Assembly: GCA_009914755.4 (NCBI GenBank)
Contig: CP068257.2
Coordinates: 512,001 to 576,000, forward strand
Length of the DNA stretch: 64,000 nucleotides
Source: the human T2T-CHM13v2.0 reference genome, Homo sapiens
Reading direction: 5' to 3'
Both the position numbers and the translations under genes were made by a program. Within the stretch, counting starts at the first letter, position 1, and each line of letters starts with the position of its first letter. Under the pieces are notes generated by a model. The model was not told the origin of the DNA. It searched no databases and saw nothing but the letters and a program-made list of their open reading frames with translations. Shown here piece after piece: positions 1 to 19,706 of this stretch.

Positions 1-3000
1 TCTGCACTGATCACCCAGGTGATATAGCTCTTCTCTAGGATCTGCCTACAGGGTGCTTTGTGACATATCCCTGCACTGATCACCCAGGTGATCTAACTCT
101 GGTCTAAGCTCTGCCTAAAGGGGCATTGCGACAGATCTCTGCACTGATCACTCAGGTGGTGTGACTGTTGTCTAGGCTCTGCTTCAAGGGGCCTTGTCAC
201 ATATCTCTGCACTGATCACCCCGGTGATGTAACTCTTGTCTAGGCTCTGCTTCCAGGGCATATTGTGACATATCTATGCACTGATCACCTTAGTGATGTA
301 ACACTTGTGTAGGCTCGGGCTACAGGGGAATCTTGACATATGTCTGCACTGTTAACCGAGTTGATTTAACTCTTGTCTAGTCTGTGCCCACAGGGGGATT
401 GAGAGATATCTCTGCACTGATCCCGAGGTGATCCAACTCTTGCCTGGTCTCTGCCTATTGGGGACATTGTGACATATCTCTGCACTGATCTCCCAGGTGC
501 TTCAACTTTAGTCTAGGCTCTGGCTACACGACATTGTGACATATCACTGCACTGATCACCCAGTTTATATAACTCTTGTCTAGGCTCTGCCTACAATGGT
601 CTTGTGACATATCTCTGCACTGATCACCGAGGTGATATAACTATTCTCTAGGATCTGACCACAGGGTGCTTTGTGACATATCCCTGCAATGATCACCCAG
701 GTGATATACCACTTGCCAAGGCTCTGCCTACAGGGGCATTGCAATGTATCTCTGCACTGATCTCCTAGGTCTTGTAACTCTTTTCTAGGATCTGCCTACA
801 GGGTGCTTTGTGACGTATCCCAGCAAGGATTACCCAGGTGATGTACCGCTCATCAAGGCTCTGCCTACAGGCACATCGCGATGTATCTCTGCACTGATCA
901 CCTAGGTCATGTAACCTTTGTCTAGGCTCTGCCTACGATGGCATTGTGACATATCTCTGCACTAATCATCCAAGTGATGTAACACTTGTCTAGGATCTGC
1001 CTAAATTAACTTTGTGACATAACCCTGTACTGGTCATCCAGGTGATGGGGCTTTTGTCTAGGCTCTGCCTAAGGGGGCATTGTGACATATTTCTGCATTG
1101 ATCACCCAGGTGGCGAACTCTTCTCTTGGATCTGCCTATGGGGGCATTGTGACAAATCTCTGCACTGATCACCCAGGTGACGTAACTGTTGTGTAACCTC
1201 TGCCGACAGGGGAATTGTGAGACATCTCGCCACTGATCACCCAAGTGATGTAACCATTGCCTAGGCTTTGCATACAGGCGGGTTTGTGACATACCTTTGC
1301 ACTGATCACCCAGGTGATGTAAAACATCTATGTTCGGCCTAAAGGAGCTTTGTGACATATCTCTGCACTGATCACTTAGGTGATGTAACACTTTTATAAC
1401 CACTGCCTACAGGGAATTTTGACAAATCTGTACACCGATCACCTAGGTGACGTAACTCTTGTCTACCCTCTGTCCAACGGGTCATTGTGAAATATCTCTG
1501 CACTGATCACCCAGGTGATTCAACTCTTGACTAGGATCTGCCTACAGAGGTTATTGTGAAATATCTCTGCACTGATAAACTAGGTGGTGTAACCCTTGTC
1601 CAAGCTCTGCCTACAGGGGCGTTTTCACATATCCCTGAACTGATGACAGAGGTGATGTAACACTTGCCTAGGCTTTGCCTACAGGGTACATTGGACATAT
1701 ATCTGCACTGATCTCCCAGGTGATGCAACTCTGGCCTAGGCTTTGCCTACAGGGGACATTGTGACATATCTCTTCAATGATCACCCATGTGATGCAAGTC
1801 TTGCGTAGGCTTTGCCTAAAGGCGACATTGTGACATATCTCTGCACTGATCTCCCAGGTGCTGTAACTTTAGTCTAGGCTCTGGCTACACGGCATTGTGA
1901 CATATCACTGCACTGATCAACCAGGTGATATAGCTCTTGTATAGGCTCTGCCTACAGGGGGCTTGTGACATATCTCTGCACTGATCACCCAGGTGATATA
2001 GCTCTTCTCTAGGATCTGCCTACAGGGTGCTTTGTGACATATCCCTGCACTGATCACCCAGGTGATCTACCTCTGGTCTAAGCTCTGCCTAAAGGGGCAT
2101 TTTGACAGATCTCTGCACTGATCACTCAGGTGATGTAACTGTTTTCTAGGCTCTGCTTCAAGGGGCCTTGTCACATATCTCTGCACTGATCACCCAGGTG
2201 ATGTAACTCTTGTGTACGCTCTGCTTCCAGGGCATATTGTGACATATCTATGCACTGATCACCTTAGTGATGTAACACTTGTGTAGGCTCGGCCTACAGG
2301 GGAATCTTGACATATTTCTGCACTGCTAACAGAGGTGATTTAACTCTTGTCTAGGCTGTGCCCACAGGGGTATTGAGACATATCTCTGCACTGATCCCGA
2401 GGTGATCCAACTCTTGCCTGGTCTCTGCCTACTGGGGACATTGTGACATATCTCTGCACTGATCTCCCAGGTGCTGCAAATTTAGTCTAGGCTCTGGCTA
2501 CAGGACATTGTGACATATCACTGAACTGATCACCCAGGTGATATAACTCTTGTCTAGGCTCTGCCTACAATGGTCTTGTGACATATCTCTGCACTGATCA
2601 CCCAGGTGATTTAACTATTCTCTAGGATCTGACCACAGGGTGCTGTGTGACATATCCCTGCAATGATCACCCAGGTGATATACCACTTGCCAAAGCTCTG
2701 CCTACAGGGGCATTGCAATGTATCTCTACACTGATCACCTAGGTCTTGTAACTCTTTTCTAGGATCTGCCTACAGGGTGCTTTGTGACGTATCCCAGCAA
2801 GGATTACCCAGGTGATGTACCGCTCTTCAAGGCTCTGCCTACAGGCACATCGCGATGTATCTCTGCACTGATCACCTAGGTCATGTAACCTTTGTCTAGG
2901 CTCTGCCTACGATGGCATTGTGACATATCTCTGCACTAATCATCCAAGTGATGTAACACTTGTCTAGGATCTGCCTAAATTAACTTTGTGACATAACCCT

Positions 3001-6000
3001 GTACTGATCATCCAGGTGATGGGGCTTTTGTCTAGGCTCTGCCTAAGGGGGCATTGTGAAATATTTCTGCATTGATCACCCAGGTGGCGAACTCTTCTCT
3101 TGGATCTGCCTATGGGGGCATTGTGACAAATCTCTGCACTGATCACCCAGGTGACGTAACTGTTGTGTAACCTCTGCCGACAGGGGAATTGTGAGAGATC
3201 TCGCCACTGATCACACAAGTGATGTAACCGTTGTCTAGGCTTTGCGTACAGGGGGCTTTGTGACATACGTTTGCACTGATCACCCAGGTGATGTAACACA
3301 TCTAAGTTCGGCCTAAAGGAGCTTTGTGACATATCTCTGCACTGATCACTTAGGTGATGTAACACTTTTATAACCACTGCCTACAGGGAATTTTGACAAA
3401 TCTGTACACTGATCACCTAGCTGAAGTAACTCTTGTCTACCCTCTGTCCAACGGGTCATTGTGAAATATCTCTGCACTGATCACCCAGGTGATTCAACTC
3501 TTGACTAGGATCTGACTTCAGAGGTTATTGTGAAATATCTCTGCACTGATACACTGGGGAGTGTAACACTTTTCCAAGCTCTGCCTACAGGGGCGTTTTC
3601 ACATATCCCTGAACTGATGACAGGGGTGATGTAACACTTGCCTAGGCTTTGCCTACAGGGGACATTGGACATATATCTGCACTGATCTCCCAGGTGATGC
3701 AACTCTGGCCTAGGCTTTGCCTACAGGGGACATTGTGACATATCTCTTCAATGATCACCCATGTGATGCAACTCTTGCCTAGGCTTTCCCTAGAGGGGAC
3801 ATTGGACATATATCTGCACTGATCTCCCAGGTGATGCAACTCTGGCCTAGGCTTTGCCTACAGGGGACATTGTGACATATCTCTTCAATGATCACCCATG
3901 TGATGCAAGTCTTGCCTAGGCTTTCCCTAGAGGGGACATTGGACATATATCTGCACTGATCACTCAGTTGATGCAACTCTTGCCTAGGCTTTGCCTACAG
4001 GGGACATTGTGACATATCTCTCCACTGATCTCCCAAGTGCTGTAACTTTAGTCTAGGCTCTGGCTACATGGCATTGTGACACATCACTGCACTGATCAAA
4101 CAGGTGATATAACTCTTGTCTAGGCTCTGCCTACAGGGTGCTTGTGACATATCTCTGCACTGATCACCCAGGTGATATAACCCTTCTCTAGGATCTGCCT
4201 ACAGGGTGCTTTGTGACATATCCCTGCACTGATCACCTAGGTGATCTAACTTTTGTCTAAGCTCTGCCTAAAGGGGCATTGTGACAGATCTCTGCACTGA
4301 TCACTCAGGTGATGTAACAATTGTCTAGGCTCTGCTTCAAGGGGCCTTGTCACATATCTCTGCACTGATCACCCAGGTGATGTAACTCTTGTCTAGGCTC
4401 TGCTTCCAGGGCATATTGTGACATATCTATGCACTGATCACCTTAGTGATGTAACACTTGTGTAGGCTCGGCCTACAGGGGAATCTTGACATATGTCAGC
4501 ACTGTTAACCGAGGTGATTTAACTCTTGTCTAGGCTGAGCCCACAGGGGGATTGAGACATATCTCTGCACTGATCCCGAGGTGATCCAACTCTTACCTTG
4601 TCTCTGCCTACTGGGGACATTGTGACACATCTCCGCACTGATCTCCCAGGTGCTGTAACTTTAGTCTAGGCTCTGGCTACACGGCATTGTGACATATCAC
4701 TGCACTGATCACCCAGGTGATATAACTCTTGTCTAGACTATGCCTACAATGGCTTTGTGACATGTCTCTGCACTGATCACCCAGGTGATATAACTCTTCT
4801 CTAGGATCTGACCACTGGGTGCATTGTGACATATCCCTGCCATGATCACCCAGGTGATATACCACTTGCCAAGGCTCTGCCTATAGGGGCATTGCAATGT
4901 ATCTCTGCACTGATCACCTAGGTCTTGTAACTCTTTTCTAGGATCTGCCCACAGGGTTCTTTGGGACGTATCACAGCAAGGATTACCCAGGTGATGTACC
5001 TCTCATCAAGGCTCTGCCTACAGGCACATTGCGATGTATCTCTGCACTGATCACCTAGGTCATGTAACTTTTGTCTAGGCTCTGCCTACGATGGCTTTGT
5101 GACATATCTCTGCACTAATCATCCAAGTGATGTAACCCATGTCTAGGATCTGCCTAAATTAACTTTGTGACATAACCCTGTATTGATCATCCAGGTGATG
5201 GGGCTTTTGTCTAGGCTCTGCCTAAGGGGTCATTGTGACATATGTCGGCATTGATCACCCAGGTGGCGAACTATTCTCTTCGATCTGCCTAAGGGGGCAT
5301 TGTGACAAATCTCTGCACTGATCACCCAGGTTATGTAACGGTTGTGTAACCTCTGCCTACAGGGGAATTGTGAGAGATCTCGCCACTGATCACCCAAGTG
5401 ATGTAACCATTGTCTAGGCTTTGCGTACAGGGGTCTTTTTGACATTCCTTTGCAGTGATTACCCAGGTGATGTAACACATCTAAGTTCTGCCTAAAGGAG
5501 CTTTGTGACTTATCTCTGCACTGATCACTTAGGTGATGTAACACTTTTATAAGCACTGCCTACAGGGAATTGTGAGAAATCTCTGCACTTATCACCTAGT
5601 TGATGTAACTCTTGTCTACCCTCTGTCCAACGGGGCATTGTGAAATATATCTGCACTGATCACCCAGGTGATTCAACTCTTGACTAGGATCTCCCTACAG
5701 ATTTTATTGTGAAATATCTCTGCACTGATATACTAGGTGGTGTAACACTTGTCCAAGCTCTGCCTACAGGGGCGTTTTCACATATCCCTGAACTGATGAC
5801 AAAGGTGATGTAACACTTGCCTAGGCTTTGCCTCCATGGGACATTAGACATATATCTGCACTGATCACGAAGGTGATGCAACTCTTGCCTAGGCTTTGCC
5901 TACAGGGGACATTGTGAAATATCTCTTCAATTATCACCCATGTTATGCAACTCTTTCCTAGGCTTTGCCTACAGGGGACATTGTGACATATCTCTGCACT

Positions 6001-9000
6001 GATCTCCCAGGTGCTGTAACTTTAGTCTAGGCTCTGGCTACACGGCATTGTGACATATCACTGCACTGATCAACCAGGTGATATAACTCTTGTCTAGGCT
6101 CTGCCTACAGGGGGCTTGTGACATATCTCTGCACTGATCACCCAGGTGATATAACTCTTCTCTAGGATCTGCCTACAGGTTGCTTTGTGACATATCCTTG
6201 CACTGATCACCCAGGTGATCTAACTCTGGTCTAAGCTCTGCCTAAAGGGGCATTGTGACAGATCTCTGCACTGATCACTCAGGTGATGTAACAATTTTCT
6301 AGGCTCTGCTTCAAGGGGCCTTGTCACATATCTCTGCACTGATCACCCAGGTGATGTAACTCTTGTCTAGGCTCTGCTCCCAGGGCATATTGTGACATAT
6401 CTATGCACTGATCACCTTAGTGATGTAACACTTGTGTAGGCTCGGCCTACAGGGGAATCTTGACATATCTCTGCACTGTTAACCGAGATGATTTAACTCT
6501 TGTCTAGGCTCTGCCCACAGGGGGATTGAGACATATCTGTGCACTGATCCCGAGGTGATCCAACTGTTGCCTGGTCTCTGCCTCCTGGGGACATTGTGAC
6601 ATATCTCTGCCCTGATCTCCCAGGTGCTGTAACTTTAGTCTAGGCTCTGGCTACACGGCATTTTGACATATCACTGCACTGATCACCCAGGTGATATAAC
6701 TCTGGTCTATGCTGTGCCTACAATGGTCTTGTGACATATCTCGGCACTGATCACCGAGGTGATATAACTCTTCTCTAGGATCTGACCACAGGGTACTTTG
6801 TGAAATATCCCTGCAATGATCACCCAGGTGCTATACCACTTGCAAAGGATCTGCCTGCAGGGGCATTGCAATGTATCCCTTCACTGATCACCTAGGTCTT
6901 GTAACTCTTTTCTAGGGTCTGCCTACAGGGTGCTTTGTGACGTATCCCAGCAAGGATTACCCAGGTGCTGTACCTCTCATCAAGGCTCTGCCTACGCGCA
7001 CATTGCGATGTATCTCTGCACTGATCACCTAGGTCATGTAACTTTTGTCTAGGCTCTGCCTACGATGGCATTGTGACATATCTCTGCACTAATCATCCAA
7101 GTGATGTAAAACTTGTCTAGGATCTGCCTAAATTAACTTTGTGACATAACCCTGTAGGGATCATGCAGGTCATGGGGCTTTTGTCTAGGCTCTGCCTAAG
7201 GGTGCATTGTGACATATTTCTGCACTGATCACCCAGGTGGCGAACTCTTCTCTTGCATCTTCCTATGGGGGCATTGTGAGAAATCTCTGCACTGATCACC
7301 CAGGTGATGTAACTGTTGTGTAACCTCTGCCTACAGGGGAATTGTGAGAGATCTCGCTACTGATCACCCAAGTGATGTAACCATTGTCTAGGTTTTGCTT
7401 ACAGGGGGCTTTGTGACATACCTTTGCACAGATCACCCAGGTGATGTAACACATCTAAGTTCGGCCTAAAGGAGCTTTGTGACATATCTCTGCACTGATC
7501 ACTTAGGTGATGTAACACTTTTATAAGCACTGCCTACAGGGAATTTTGACAAATCTCTGCACTGATCACCTAGGTGATGTAACGCTTGTCTACCCTCTGT
7601 CCAACGGGGCATTGTGAAATATCTCTGCCCGGATCACCCAGGTGATGTAACTCTTGTCTAGGCAATGCCTACTGGAGTCAATGTGACATATCTCCGCACT
7701 GATCACCCAGGTGATGTCACTTTTGTCAAGGATATGGCTACAGGGACATTGTGACATGTCACTGCACTGATCACACAGCTGATGTAACTCTTGTCTAGGC
7801 TCTGGCTACAGGTGGCTTGTGACACATATCTGCATTGATCACCCAGGTGATGTAACCCTTTTCTAGGCTCTGCCAAAAGCGGACATTGTGACATAAATCT
7901 GCAATGATCACCCAGGTGTTGGGACTCTTGTCTATGCTCTACCTATAGGGGCATTGTGACATATCTCTGCCGTGATCACGCAGGTGATGTAACTCTTCTC
8001 TATATCTGCCTACTGGCGGCATGGTGGCATAATTCTGCACTGATCAACCAGCTGATGGATCCTTGTCTTGGATCTGCGTCTGGGGGCATAGTGACATATC
8101 TCTGCACTGATCACTCATGTGATGTAACACTTGTCTAAGCTGCGACAAAAGGGGAATTGTGACAGATGTCTCCAGTGATCACCGAGGTGATGTAACAATT
8201 TTCTGGGATTTGTCTACAGGGGGCTTTGTGCTATATCTTTGCACTGATCACCCAGGAGACGTAACTCTTGTCTAGGCCTGGCCTACAGGGACTTTGTGAC
8301 ATATTTCTGCACTGATCACCAAGGTGATGTAACACTTGTTTAGGCTCTGCCTGCAGGGGCTTTGTGTCCTATATCTGTACTGATCACCCATGTGTTGTAA
8401 CTCTTGTCTAGGCTCCACCTACAGGGGCTGTTGTGACGTATCTCTGCACTGATCACCCAGGTGATGTAACTCTTGTCTAGGCTCCACCTACAGTGGGTAT
8501 TGTGACGTAACTCTACAGAGATCACCCAGGTTATGTAACTCTTGTCCACTCTCTGCCTACAGGGTCATTGTGAACTGTCTCTGCACTGTTCACCCAGGTG
8601 ATGGGACTCTTCTCTATACTCTGCCTGGAGGGGGATTTGTGACATATCTCTGCACTGATCACTCAGGTGATGGAAGTCTTGTCTAGGCTCTGTCTATGCG
8701 CGCATTGTGTCAAATATCTGCACTGATCACCCAGGTGATGTAACTCTTGTCTAGGCTCTGTCTACAGGGATTTTTGTCACATATGACTGCACTGATCACC
8801 GAGCTGATGTAAGCCTTGTATGGGCTTTGCATATAGAAGGCTTTATGACATACCTATGCACTGATCTCTGAGGTGATGCAACTCTTGTCTAGGCACTGCC
8901 TACAGGGGACATTGGTACATATCCGTGCACTGATCACCCAGGTGATGGACTCTTGTCTTAGACCTGCCTACGTGGACATTGTGACACATCTCTGAACTGA

Positions 9001-9860
9001 TCAACCAAGTGATGAAACTCTTGTCTAGGCTCTGCCTACATGGGCTTTGCGACACATCTCTGCACTGTTCACCCTGGGGAGGGAACTCTTGTCTACGCTC
9101 TGCCTACAGGAGGCTTTATGACTTATACCTGCACTGATAACCTAGTTGATGTAACACTTGTCTAGGCTCTGCCTACACGGGAATTCTCACAAATCTCTGC
9201 ACTGATCACCCAGGTGATGTAACTCCTCTCTAGGTTCAGCCTACAGGAGTGTTTTGACATACCTCTGCACTGATCACCCAGGTGATGTAACCCTTGTCTA
9301 AGCTCTGCCTACAGGGGCATTGTGACAGATCTCTCCACTGCTCACCCAGGTGATGTAACAATTGTCTGGGCTTTGCCTACAGTGGGCTTTGTGATATACA
9401 TTTCCACTGATCAAACAGGTGATGTAACCCTTGTCAAGGTTCTGCTTACAGGGGCTTTGTGACATATCTCTGCACTGATCACCCCAGGGAGGAAACACTT
9501 GTCTGCACTCTGCCTCCTGGAGGCTTTATGACTTATCCCTGCACTTATCACTAGGTGATGTAACACTTGTCTAGGCTCTGTCTACACAGCAATTTTCACA
9601 TATCTCTACAATGATCACCTAAGTGATGTAACCCTTGTCTAGGTTCAGCCTACTGGGGATTTCTGACATACCTAAGCACTGATCACCTAGGTGACATAAA
9701 TCATTTCCAGGCTTTTTTTACAGGGAACATTTTGAAATATCTCTGCACTGATCACCCAAATGATGCAAATCTTCTCTAGGCTCCTCAGGGAGTGGCATTG
9801 TGACATATTTATGAACCAATCATCCAGGAGGTGTAACTATTCTGCAGGCTGTGTCTAAAG
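1..9860. repeat. Beta-satellite (68-bp Sau3A family) block. Positions 7-7600 hold about 3.5 copies of a 29-monomer higher-order repeat of roughly 1973 bp. Positions 7600-9860 form the conserved 'pre-unit' flank.
   Basis: The roughly 68-bp monomer with a GATC site recurs throughout. The motif ctgatcacccaggtgatatagctcttctctaggatctgcc recurs at 7, 1981, 4160 and 6133, giving periods of 1974, 2179 and 1973 bp. The window end (62880-64000) matches the window start. Confidence 0.9.
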
Positions 9861-12606
<2,746 letters not shown>

Positions 12607-14747
12607 ACACATCTCTGAACTGGTCAACAAAGTGATTTAACACTTCCCTAGGCTCTGCCTACCGGGGACATTGTGACATATCTCTGCACTGATCACCCAG
12701 GTGATGGGACTTTTGTCTAGGTTCTGCCTATGGGGGCATTGTGACATATCTCTACACTGACTACCCAGGTGATGTAACACTTGTGTTGGATCTGCCTATG
12801 GGGGCATTGTGACATATTTCTGCACTGATCACCCAGGTGATGGGACCCTTGTCTAGGCTCTCTGTATGGGGACTTTGTGACATATCTTTGCACTGATCAC
12901 CCAGGTGATGTAACTCTTAACTAGGCTCTGCCTACGGGGCATAGTGACATATCACTGCATTGATCACCGAAGTGATGTAACTCTTGTCCAGGCTCTGCCT
13001 ATGGGGGCTTTGTGACATATCTCTGCACTGATCATCTAGGTGATGAAAGTCTTGCTTACGCTCTGCCTGCAGGGGCATTGTGAAATATATCTGCACTGGT
13101 CACCCAGGTGATGGGACTCTTCTCTAGGCTCTGCATACTGAGGGCATTGTCACATATTTCTGCACTGATCACCCAGGTGACGGACGGTTGTCTTGGATTT
13201 GCCTATGGGGGCATTGTGACATATCACTGCACTGATCACACAGGTGATGGAACTATTGTCTAGGCTCTACTTAAAGGGACCTTGTCACATATGTCTTCAC
13301 TGATCACCCAGGTGATGTAACTCTTGTCCAGGCTCTGCTTAAATGGGGTATTGTGACATATCTCTGCACTGATCAGGTAAGTGATGTAAAACTTGTGTAG
13401 GCTCTGCCTACAGGGGCATTTTGACATATCTCTACACTGTTAACCGAGGTGATGTAACTATTTTCTAGGCTGTGCCCACAGGGGGATTGAGACATACCTC
13501 TGCACTGAACCCGAGGTGATCCAACTCTTGCCCGGTCTCTGCCTACTGGGGAAATTGTGACATAACTCTGCACTGATCTCCCAGGTGCAGTAACTTTAGT
13601 CTAGGCTCTGGCTACACGGCATTGTGACATATCAATGCACCAATCACCCAGGTGATATAACTCTTGTCTAGGCTCTGCCTACAGGGTTCTTGTGACATAT
13701 CTCTGCCCTGATCACCCAGGTGATATAACTTCTCTAGGATCTGCCTACAGGGTGCTTTGTGACATATCCTTGCAATGATCACCCAGGTGATATACCACTT
13801 ATCAAGGCTCAGCCTACAGGGGCATTGCGATGTATCTCTGCACTGATCACCTAGGTCATGTAACACTTGTCTAGGCTCTGCCTACAGTGGCATTGTGACA
13901 TATCTCTGCACTGATCATCCAAGTGATGTAACTGTTGTCTAGGATCTGCCTAAAGGGATTTTGTGACATAACTCTGCATTGATCATCCCGGTTTTTGGAT
14001 TTTTGTCTAGGCTCTGCCTAAGGGGGCATTGTGACATATTTCTGGACTGATCACCCAGGTGACAGACTCTTGTCTTGGATCTGCCTAAGCGGGCATCGAG
14101 ACATATCTCTGCACTGATCACCCAGGTGATATAACTGTTGTATTATTTCGGCCTACAGGAGAATTGTGAGAGATCTCGCCACTGATCACCCAAGTGATGT
14201 AACTATTGTCAAGGCTTTGCCTACAAGCGTCTTTGTGGCATGCCTTTGCACTGATCACCCAGGTGATGTAACTCATCTAAATTCTGCCTACAGGAGCTTT
14301 GTGACATATCTCTGCACTGATCACTTATGTGATGTAACACTTTTATAAGCACTGCCTATAGGGAATTTTGACATATCTCTGCAATGATCACCTAGCTGAT
14401 GTAACTCTTGTCTATCCTCTGCCCAAAGGGGGAATTGTGAAATTTCTCTGCACTGATCAACCAGATGATTCAACACTTGTCTAAGATCTGCCTAAAGCGG
14501 TGTTTTCACATATCCCTGAACTGATGATAAAGGTGAGGTAACTCTTGCCTAGGCTTTGCCTACAAGGGACATTGAGACATATCTCTGCACTGATCACCCA
14601 GGTGATGCAACTCTTCTGTATGCTCTGCCTACAGGGTACATTGTGACATAACCCTGCACTGATCACCCAGGTGATGCAGCTCTTCTCTATTCTCTGCTTA
14701 CAGGTGTATTGTGACATATCTCTGCACTGATCCCCTAAGTGATGTAA

Positions 14748-15149
<402 letters not shown>

Positions 15150-16941
15150 TTAGGCTCTGCCTACAGGGGCCTTGTGACGTATCTCTGCACTGGTCACCCA
15201 GGTGATGTAACTCTTGTCTAGGGTCCACCTACAGGGGGTATTGTGACGTATCTCTGCAGTGAGCACTCAGGTGATGTAACATTTATCTAGGCTCTGCCTG
15301 CAGGGGAGTTTTGAAATAGCTCTGCACTGATCACCTAGATTATGAAACTTTTGTCCACTCTCTGCCTACAGTGGGCATTGTGAAATATCTCTTCACTGAT
15401 CACACGGGTGATGGTACTATTCTCTATACTCTTCCTAGAGGGGGATTTGTGACATATCTCTGCACTGATCACCCAGGTGATGGAAGTCTTGTCTAGGCTC
15501 TCTCTATGGGGACATTGTATCAAATATCTGCACTGATCACCCAGGTGATGTTACTCTTTTCTTGGCTCCACCTACAGGGGATATTGTGATGTAACTCTAC
15601 ACAGATCACCTAGGTTATGTAACTCTTTTCCACTGTCTGCCTACAGGGTCATTGTGAACTATCTCTGCACTGAGCATCCAGGTGATAGGACTCTTCTCTA
15701 TACTCTGCCTGGAGGGGGATTTGTGACATATCTCTGCACTGATCACCCAGGTGATGGAAGTCTTAGCTAAGCTATGTCTATGGGGGCATTGTGTCAAATA
15801 TCTGCACTGATCACCCAGGTGATGTATCTCTTTTCTCGGTTCTGTCTACAGGGATTTTTGTCACATATGACTGCACTGATCACCTAGGTGATGTAAGCCT
15901 TGTATGCACTTTGCCTATAGAAGGCTTTATAACACATCTATGCACTGATCACTGAGGTGATGCAACTCTTCTCTAGGCACTGCCTACACGGGACATTGGT
16001 ACAAATCTCTGCACTGATCACCCAGGTGATGGACACTTGTCTTAGATCTGCCTAAATGGACATTGTGACATCTCTGAACTGATCAACCAAGTGATGAAAC
16101 TCTTGTCTAGGCTCTGCCTACAGGGGCTTTGTGACACATCTCTGCACTGATCACCCTGGGGAGGGAACTCTTGTCTATGCTCTGCCTACAGGAGGCTTTA
16201 TGACTTATAGCTGCACTGATAACCTAGTGGATTTAACACCTGTCTGGGCTCTGCCTTCACGGGAATTCTCACATATCTCTGCGCTGATCACCCGGGTGAT
16301 GTAACCCCTGTCTAGGTTCAGCCTACAGGAACGTTTTGACATATCTCTGCACTGATCACCCAGGTGATGTAACCCTTGTCTAAGCTCTGCCTACAGGGGC
16401 ATTGTGACAGATCTCTCCACTGCTCACCCAGGTGATGTAACAATTGTCTGGGCTTTGCCTGCGGGGCTTTGTGATATACATTTCCACTGATCAAACAGGT
16501 GATGTAACCCTTGTCAAGGTTCTGCTTACAGGGGCTTTGTGACATATCTCTGCACTGATCACCCCAGGGAGGAAACACTTGTCTACACTCTGCCTACAGG
16601 AGGCTTTACGACTTATCCCTGCACTGATCACTAGGTGAGGTAATACTTGTCTAAGCTCTGTCTACACGGGAATTTTCACATATATCTACAATGATCACCT
16701 AAGTGATGTAACCCTTGTCTAGATTCAGCCTACCGGGCATTTCTGACATACCTATGCACCGGTCACTGAGGTGATGCAAATCATTTCCAGGCTTTTTGTA
16801 CAGGGGACATTGTGATATATCTCTGCACTGATCACCCAAATGATGCAAATCTTCTCTAGGCTCTGCAGGGAGGGGGCATTGTGACATATTTCTGAACTGA
16901 TCATCCAGGAGATGTAACTATTCCCCAGTCTTTGACTAAAG

Positions 16942-19706
<2,765 letters not shown>

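Noticed and set aside
990-9498. Dozens of 60-147 aa ORFs across the beta-satellite, for example 990..1403, 2964..3377 and 21041..21484, with recurring peptides such as HHLGDQCRDMSQ and ITWVISAEICHN
   Set aside because: They are produced by the 68-bp monomer periodicity. The same short peptide motifs repeat and the ORFs are tiled along tandem repeats on both strands. There is no start context or conservation beyond the repeat itself. These are not genes.
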